Part shown: in pieces, positions 57,825 to 64,000 of the stretch
Position numbering within the stretch: the first letter of the stretch is position 1
Layout of the letters: every line of letters starts with the position of its first letter
DNA from: Stenomitos frigidus ULC029
GTDB taxonomy: Bacteria; Cyanobacteriota; Cyanobacteriia; Leptolyngbyales; Leptolyngbyaceae
Direction of reading: 5' to 3'
Assembly (NCBI GenBank): GCA_042919575.1
Contig: CP170648.1
Location: 2,619,515-2,683,514, forward strand
Length of the DNA stretch: 64,000 bases
The notes under the pieces: model-generated
Database searches by the model: none
Seen by the model: only the letters and a program-made list of their open reading frames with translations
What the model was told of the DNA's origin: nothing
Translations under genes and position numbers: made by a program

Positions 57825-60218
57825 ATGAAAACGCAAACCCGTTGGTCTTACTGCAAATTTTTAGCTGTGACTCTGTTAGTAGGCAGTTTCTTGCCTCTCG
57901 CCTCCCGTGCGCTTGCTGATGGCACGACTGCTGGAACCACCATCAGCAACACTGCTACGGCGACCTATGAAGACCCCAATGCTCCGGGCACAATCATCAA
58001 TGCGACATCTAATACTGTGACTGTAACGGTTGCCGAGGTTGCAGGTGTCACGGCCACTCCATTAGCAATTAATGACCTTAACGGGGGTACGGTACTGCCC
58101 AATGATGTCCTCAACTATGACTTCCGGCTCACCAACGTCGGTAACGATCCTACGGGTTTATTTATTCCAGGCAGCGCTACGGTGACAGGACCCGGTACGG
58201 GTGGAGCACTGCAATTCAGTATTGACGGTGGCACAACGTTTAACCCTGTTCCAGCGGGTGGCGTGACGACGGCTTCCATTCCTGCCGGTGGCTCTGTGAT
58301 TGTGCGAGTACCAGTCACAATTTCGGGCTTGGCTTCGTCTGGTTCCACCGTTGCCGTGCGTTTGGGCGACACCGGACTCAATGATAATAGTGCAGCAACT
58401 CAAAATCAGCCTGATGCAACTGATGGCTCACTGGCTACAGAAATTCGGACCGTAGACAACGTGGATGGGACAGCGAATGAAGCAGCAGGTGCCCCCAGCA
58501 ACGGCGAACGGGAAACCAGCGCCACGCAACAGGTGCTAGTCGGGGCACAGCCTCAAGCGTTTGCAGCGATTCTTAAGACCCGCACTGCTTACACCGATTC
58601 CAGCACCACTGCACTGAACGATGATGTGCTGACCTATGGTTTGTCCCTACGGGTGGATGCTACTGCACCATCTGGAACCACTGGACTCAGCCCAGCGAAC
58701 CTGGAAGGCACCACGATTAACGTAGACGGTGCGGCGGTTGTACGAGTGCTGGTATCTGATGCCGTTCCAGTAAACACGACTCTAACGGGTACGCCTGTTG
58801 CTCCAACAGGCTGGACGATCGTCTATACCAACAGTCCAACGGGTACGAATGCCAATGCAGCAAACTGGGTGACGACTGTGGCGGCGATCGGCGGCATCGC
58901 CAACGCGACCCGCATTGGTTTTATTAACAACGGTTCTATTCCTGCTGGCACCACGGTTACAGGCTTCACCTTCCAGGTCGTGACGACGGGAGTAACGGCG
59001 ACAACGACGATCGCCAACCTGGCTCAAGTCTTTGGTCAAACAGCGGGCGGTGGCACGACTCTGGTCTACGACGAATCAGGTGATCAGACTCCCAGCAACT
59101 TCAACGATGATGGTACACCCGGTTCTAATACGCCCACTAATGGCGTTACCAACCCAGCGGTCGATGGGGTAGATAGCAACAACAACAACACGGGTACAGG
59201 ACCTGGCGGGGAAGACAACGTGTTTACCGTTGCGGCAGCGGGCACTATTCTGAATGGTCCCAACGGACAGCCTGCGGCAGTGGGACCAACCAACAACAAC
59301 GATGATTTCACCAACAGGTCATCGACGATTCCAGCCAACACGGCTCCTGGTTCTACGATCGACCCCAATGCGGTCACGTTCCTCAATACAATCAACAATC
59401 CAACCACAGGCAGTCTAAGCAATATTCTGCTAGTGCCTGACGCTGCCAACTTTACGCCAGGTGCAGGCGAGGTCTTACCCCCCACTGGCACGACTGTCAC
59501 GCTGACCTATGGGGGACAAACAGCCGTTTACACCTTCAACGGCACTAACTTCATCTTTACCTCTGGTAGCACGATTGTCATTCCGACGCTGACAGCAGGA
59601 ACGTCAGTAAACTACAGCGTTGCGGTGGATCTACCTGCCAACACAGCACTTTCAACTGACACTGGCAATGGTTTCTCGATTCCCATCTTCGCCTTCCAGG
59701 ATGTGAATGGCAACGGCAGACCTGATCTGGTGGCAACGGAACCCACTCAAAACCGCTCGATCGATCGCGTTTACACCGGATTCCTGAGAGTGGTCAAAGA
59801 TGCCCGTATTCTCGAGACCGATGGCACAACGGTGGTTGAGAACTATACGCAAACCCCAACGCCTGCAAACTTACGGGTTGGCAGGTTCATTGAGTACCGG
59901 ATTACTTACACCAACGTTTCCATTGCTCCGGTTGGTGCAGGCAACGTCACCCTTAGCGCCGGTAACGTCATCATCACCGAGGATGGCACCACTGGCACCA
60001 ACACCTGGGCAAGAGATAACGACACCAATGGCGTGATTGATACCAGCAACATAGTCGGTTCGACCACTGCTCAATTCGGCACGATCGCCTATGCTCCCAG
60101 CGGCGATCAGTCTGGTACGACGCAGCCAACGGATGTCACGCGGTACACCAATACGCTGGGTATTGCAGTGCAGCCCGGAGCCAGCGGCACGTTTATCTTC
60201 CGTCGCAGAATCAACTAA
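57825..60218 (+). CDS. large secreted Thr/Gly/Asn-rich DUF11 (conserved repeat domain) surface protein
   Basis: Signal peptide (…LPLASRALA). Repeated DUF11-like blocks (ISNTATATYEDPNAPG...NDVLNYDFRLTNVGNDPTG). Confidence 0.65.
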   Translation: MKTQTRWSYCKFLAVTLLVGSFLPLASRALADGTTAGTTISNTATATYEDPNAPGTIINATSNTVTVTVAEVAGVTATPLAINDLNGGTVLPNDVLNYDFRLTNVGNDPTGLFIPGSATVTGPGTGGALQFSIDGGTTFNPVPAGGVTTASIPAGGSVIVRVPVTISGLASSGSTVAVRLGDTGLNDNSAATQNQPDATDGSLATEIRTVDNVDGTANEAAGAPSNGERETSATQQVLVGAQPQAFAAILKTRTAYTDSSTTALNDDVLTYGLSLRVDATAPSGTTGLSPANLEGTTINVDGAAVVRVLVSDAVPVNTTLTGTPVAPTGWTIVYTNSPTGTNANAANWVTTVAAIGGIANATRIGFINNGSIPAGTTVTGFTFQVVTTGVTATTTIANLAQVFGQTAGGGTTLVYDESGDQTPSNFNDDGTPGSNTPTNGVTNPAVDGVDSNNNNTGTGPGGEDNVFTVAAAGTILNGPNGQPAAVGPTNNNDDFTNRSSTIPANTAPGSTIDPNAVTFLNTINNPTTGSLSNILLVPDAANFTPGAGEVLPPTGTTVTLTYGGQTAVYTFNGTNFIFTSGSTIVIPTLTAGTSVNYSVAVDLPANTALSTDTGNGFSIPIFAFQDVNGNGRPDLVATEPTQNRSIDRVYTGFLRVVKDARILETDGTTVVENYTQTPTPANLRVGRFIEYRITYTNVSIAPVGAGNVTLSAGNVIITEDGTTGTNTWARDNDTNGVIDTSNIVGSTTAQFGTIAYAPSGDQSGTTQPTDVTRYTNTLGIAVQPGASGTFIFRRRIN

Positions 60219-60374
60219 CCGTTGGGGGAGAGTTTGAGGGTCACAATTTGAGGTTTGAGTTCGGTTAAACCCCACCTTTGACTCTCCCTGTCTGTCTCTG
60301 CTACGAAACGCCGACACCGCTTCTACCACGAGTCTGCATCCCAAAAATTTTAGCTATTTGAAGAGGTTGAACTG

Positions 60375-60941
60375 ATGAAACGTCAATTTGCGGTTGGTCT
60401 AGGAGTCACAGCATTGCTTCTGACGATGCCCTTTGCCAGTAAGTTACCCGTTGTAGCGGGTCTGTTTGATTCCAATGTGGCGATCGCCAAAGCCGCGCAG
60501 CACCCCAAAGTGCAGTTGGCTTTAATGGGCGAGAAGCAGGTGATTAGCAAGGATGCTCAAGGCAAGAAAACGATTTCCTGGCAGGGTGGCAGCCAACTGG
60601 CAGTGCAGGCAGGTGATGTCTTGCGGTATCGCCTGATGGGCAAGAACGAGGGCGATCGTCCCGTCAACAACTTGACCTTAAACCAGCCCATTCCCAAGAA
60701 CACTGTATTTATTCTGAAATCCGCTAAAGCGAGCGCCAGCCAAGCGGCTCAGATTACCTACAGCATTGATGGTGGACGCAGTTTTGTCAAAACCCCTACA
60801 GTGCCGATCAAGCTAGCAAATGGCACCGTCGAAACCCGTCCCGCACCGGCTGAGGCATACACCCACATCCGCTGGAAGCTCTCTAAGACCCTGGCTGCAA
60901 AAGCTCCAGTAACCGCCGAATACCAGGTGAAAGTGCGCTAG
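60375..60941 (+). CDS. small secreted DUF11-domain protein
   Basis: Signal peptide. GDVLRYRLMGKNEGDRPVNNLTLNQPIPKNTVFI matches DUF11. Confidence 0.6.
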   Translation: MKRQFAVGLGVTALLLTMPFASKLPVVAGLFDSNVAIAKAAQHPKVQLALMGEKQVISKDAQGKKTISWQGGSQLAVQAGDVLRYRLMGKNEGDRPVNNLTLNQPIPKNTVFILKSAKASASQAAQITYSIDGGRSFVKTPTVPIKLANGTVETRPAPAEAYTHIRWKLSKTLAAKAPVTAEYQVKVR

Positions 60942-61186
60942 TCGCACCCGCTGCAACGGTTTGGTGAAGCGGCGATCGTGTTTTTAGCGTCTGCTTCACC
61001 TGCCCAACCCGCCAATGCTCGATTGCAGCTTACGGAACGCTCATCAGACGCTTCCGGCAGAGAACGTTTGTCTGTTTTTAGGTTAACCAAAACGCCGATC
61101 GCAGTCGGTCAAAAGCAAAGGACGCAAGCGTTTCTCTCTCCGCTAGTTCTGCCTCTCCCTCAACGCCCCAGATCCTCCTCTTCCCA

Positions 61187-62794
61187 GTGATGGCTGCATT
61201 GATGTCACATCAGACTTTTCGTCACTTTGAACGCCTGAAACAACTGACTGCAAATGTTGGGATCAGTATTTTGCTCTCTGTTTCGGTCGCTCAGGCACAG
61301 ACTCCACCCGCCCCAGGCACTGCATTGAGAATTGCACCCAGCATCCAGCTACAAAATTCGGCTACTTACCAGTACGACGTGCTGAGTTTGCCGCTGTGTG
61401 ATCCACAAACGGGAAACACCCAAAACTGCGGTTCAAATGAGTCTGTGCAAATTAGCAACACCACAAACTCGATCGGGAGTACGTTTACACCGGGTCTAGT
61501 TGACCCACTGGGACGACTGGTAGGCTGCGCGGGAGAGGCTTTGAGTGACTATACCGGCTTCAGCATCGCGCTGTATGAGCCTAATGTAGCTGACCCAACT
61601 GGAGTCAATCTGGGACGGTTGCTATCGCTGTCGCCAACGGAGGTACCGGACAAACCAGGCAATGGCATTCCAGCAGGTCGATCGCCCAACACCGAAAACA
61701 GCAATCCCTTCTCACTTGTCAACAGCGATCGTGGCGTTTACAACTTCCTGCTGGATGCGCGGAAAGGGCAACTCGATCAGGGACGCTCTTACATTCTGGT
61801 GATCAATCCGCCCCGTAACTCAATCTATGCCCAGCGCCGCTTTCGCTTAACGATCGGGGCACGTAACGGCAATCAGGTGTCCTACACAGCAACGGCGATC
61901 GATGGCAGACCGATTAGCAGCGGCAGCAACAACACCTCTGTCACAGACACCATCACTATCCAGGATGCAGAACAGACCAGTTTAGTGATTGCTGCGCTCA
62001 GTTTGGGGGCAGGTGTTTGTCAGGCGCAGGAGATTCAAATCATTAAAACGGGCGATCGTGCCACGGCAGAACCGGGAGATACCGTGATCTATCGCCTGTT
62101 GATCAGAAATCTCTCCAGTGCCGCGCTCAACAAGTTAACCATTACCGATAGCCTACCGCTGGGCTTCCGCTTCCTGCCGAAAGCGGTACGGGGTGCTTTT
62201 CGCGGCACGCCTGTTCTCATTACCACCGCTCAGAACGGCTCTACAGTCACTTTTAATATTGAAACGTCTCTGCCACAGGGTGCAACCGATCCCAGTTCAG
62301 TCTTAAGTATTGCCTACGCAGCAGTAGTAACGCCCGATGCGTTGCGGGGCAAGGGGCAAAACAGCGCGATCGTCTCTGGACAGCGGGCAGATAACGGCTT
62401 TGGGGTAAAGGATGGTCCAGCCATTCACCAGCTTCGGTTGCGCTCTGGCATCATCACCGACTGCGGCACCATTATTGGGCGAGTGTTTATCGACAAAAAC
62501 TTTGATGGCGAACAGCAGCCCGGAGAACCGGGAGTGCCGAATGCGGTTGTGTTTATGGATGACGGCAACCGCATCGCCGCCGATGCTAATGGATTGTTTT
62601 CGGTTGCTAATGTGCTGTCAGGATACCGCACTGGAGTCCTTGACCTCAGCAGTATTCCAGGCTACACCCTGGCTCCTAATCTTCGCTTCAGCGAACGCAA
62701 TAGCCAGTCTCGCCTGGTACGTTTAGAACCCAGCGGCATGGTGCGGATGAACTTTGCTGTGACTCCTTCGGCTGGAGGCGGTGCTAAACCATGA
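61187..62794 (+). CDS. secreted DUF11 + Cna-B/SdrD-B-like domain surface protein
   Basis: Signal peptide. GDTVIYRLLIRNLSSAALNKLTITDSLPLGFRF is DUF11-like. FIDKNFDGEQQPGEPGVPNAVVFMDDGN...DANGLFSV is a Cna B-type fold motif. Confidence 0.6.
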   Translation: MMAALMSHQTFRHFERLKQLTANVGISILLSVSVAQAQTPPAPGTALRIAPSIQLQNSATYQYDVLSLPLCDPQTGNTQNCGSNESVQISNTTNSIGSTFTPGLVDPLGRLVGCAGEALSDYTGFSIALYEPNVADPTGVNLGRLLSLSPTEVPDKPGNGIPAGRSPNTENSNPFSLVNSDRGVYNFLLDARKGQLDQGRSYILVINPPRNSIYAQRRFRLTIGARNGNQVSYTATAIDGRPISSGSNNTSVTDTITIQDAEQTSLVIAALSLGAGVCQAQEIQIIKTGDRATAEPGDTVIYRLLIRNLSSAALNKLTITDSLPLGFRFLPKAVRGAFRGTPVLITTAQNGSTVTFNIETSLPQGATDPSSVLSIAYAAVVTPDALRGKGQNSAIVSGQRADNGFGVKDGPAIHQLRLRSGIITDCGTIIGRVFIDKNFDGEQQPGEPGVPNAVVFMDDGNRIAADANGLFSVANVLSGYRTGVLDLSSIPGYTLAPNLRFSERNSQSRLVRLEPSGMVRMNFAVTPSAGGGAKP

Positions 62795-64000
62795 AATTGA
62801 AAAAACGCTATGCGACGGCGGCTCTACTCGGGTTGTCCCTATCCTCCGAACTGCTACTGCTCTGTCTCTTGAAAGCTCCGGCTCAAGCAGCAACTCCCAC
62901 ATCAGAACCATCTCCTGCCGCCACGTCCCAGGTGCTGACAGAGGTGAATCAGACAAACCAGCCCACGGATACAACGATCGTTGCACCCGTCTCGGTAGAC
63001 AGGCCAGCGGTTCAGCCTCCCACGATCGCGCCGTCTCCCGCTCCCGCTGCTGCTCCTCCTGCTGCCGTTCCCGCTTCTGGTCAAGTCAAAATTCTATTGC
63101 CGCTTGCCCAGACGGTACTGGATGTCCCTGCTGCCACGGTGACGTTGCAGTATGCCCAGGGTAGCCAGATTGAGCTAAAAGTCAACGGCGTAGCGGTACC
63201 TGATACACTCATCGGTCGTACAGAGACGGACAAAACGACGGGCACTGTGACGCAGATCTGGTACGGGGTGTCGTTGCAAGAGGGTGAGAACACTCTGACT
63301 GCCCAGACGATGACTAACGGGGTTGCAGGTGAGTTGGTCTCAACGCAGGTGCAGGTGCGTGGCGATGTGAAGCAGATGACGGTCAGCACTGTTGAAGCAC
63401 GGATTCCAGCCGATGGGCGATCGACGGCTACGGTGCAAGGGCAACTCTTGGATGACAAGGGCAACCGCTCCAGCCGAGATGTGATCGTCACGCTGCTTGC
63501 GTCTGAAGGCGAATTTGCTGGGGCAGATGCCAGCCCCGATCAGCCTGGTTTCCAGGTGAAGGCGGTTCAAGGACAATTTACGGCATTGCTGCGTTCCAGT
63601 TTAAATGCGAGAACGGTCAACGTGCGGGCAGTCGCGGGCAGCCTGGAAGCCTTTACGCAACTCTTGTTTGAAACCAACTTGCGTCCGTCGATCGCCACTG
63701 GAGTGATCGACATTCGCTTGGGCAAACGGGGCACTAACTTTTACGACAGCTTTCGGGATTTTTTACCCGCCGATCGCAACAACCGCTATGAACTGGATGT
63801 GCGTGGCGCCGTGTTTGCCACCGGAAAAATTGGCGACTGGTTGTTCACTGGCGCATACAACAGCAACCGTGCTCTGAACCAGACCTGCGACGGCACCACG
63901 CGGCTGTTCCGCGATACGCAGTCCTGTGACCAGACCTATCCCACGTACGGCGACAGTTCCCAGTCCACGGTGTTAACGCCCTCGACTGATAGTGTGTACC
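62791..64000 (+). CDS. 5' part of a secreted Big/invasin-like Ig-domain protein (runs off the window)
   Basis: ATG at 62791 overlaps the upstream stop (ATGA). Signal peptide MKLKKRYATAALLGLSLS, a Pro/Ala linker, then Ig-like (Big_1-type) blocks. Frame open to 64000, so not in the ORF track. Confidence 0.55.
   Translation, partial: MKLKKRYATAALLGLSLSSELLLLCLLKAPAQAATPTSEPSPAATSQVLTEVNQTNQPTDTTIVAPVSVDRPAVQPPTIAPSPAPAAAPPAAVPASGQVKILLPLAQTVLDVPAATVTLQYAQGSQIELKVNGVAVPDTLIGRTETDKTTGTVTQIWYGVSLQEGENTLTAQTMTNGVAGELVSTQVQVRGDVKQMTVSTVEARIPADGRSTATVQGQLLDDKGNRSSRDVIVTLLASEGEFAGADASPDQPGFQVKAVQGQFTALLRSSLNARTVNVRAVAGSLEAFTQLLFETNLRPSIATGVIDIRLGKRGTNFYDSFRDFLPADRNNRYELDVRGAVFATGKIGDWLFTGAYNSNRALNQTCDGTTRLFRDTQSCDQTYPTYGDSSQSTVLTPSTDSVY

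Overview
The frequent GCGATCGC (HIP1) octamers and three pentapeptide-repeat proteins indicate a cyanobacterial chromosome segment (likely a filamentous Leptolyngbya/Oscillatoria-type), about 55-58% GC by eye. Most of the window is ordinary housekeeping: mutS2, thiL, accB-efp, proS, rplT-rpmI, rpsD, a pyruvate dehydrogenase E2, tldD/pmbA, a GH57 glucan branching enzyme, an AMP-dependent acyl ligase and a cyclophilin-type PPIase. No tRNA, rRNA or CRISPR array was found. Five things stand out. (1) Around 38.2-38.55 kb, directly upstream of a minimal type I-beta DAHP synthase, sit two tandem mini-ORFs with very aromatic peptides (MSSSVFYFYVWYPSVHLE and MATLMSWFYGFYFWTRHCSG). Each is followed by a hairpin plus U-tract, and the second has a clear antiterminator/terminator alternative. 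This looks like a tandem ribosome-mediated Trp/Phe/Tyr-sensing transcription attenuator, a mechanism rarely described in cyanobacteria. (2) A roughly 2.5 kb AT-rich, HIP1-free island is inserted between tldD and pmbA. It carries a TM/coiled-coil DUF4041-T5orf172 (GIY-YIG-like) protein plus a HicB-like antitoxin and a PIN toxin with no canonical start. (3) A composite repeat (GA-rich tract, then (AACTCAAAAC)n, then a C-rich tail) is inserted in-frame and in coding orientation inside mutS2, the Ser/Thr kinase-WD40 gene and the acyl ligase. A related GA-rich tract forms the C-terminus of a truncated CDF transporter. (4) A vapBC-like PIN cassette is flanked by a perfect 25-nt direct repeat, and a 132-nt dispersed repeat occurs twice nearby. 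(5) An AT-rich 950-nt region precedes a four-gene operon of secreted DUF11/Cna-B/Big-domain surface proteins. ORF-track starts are shown as M, but several genes use GTG or TTG start codons.
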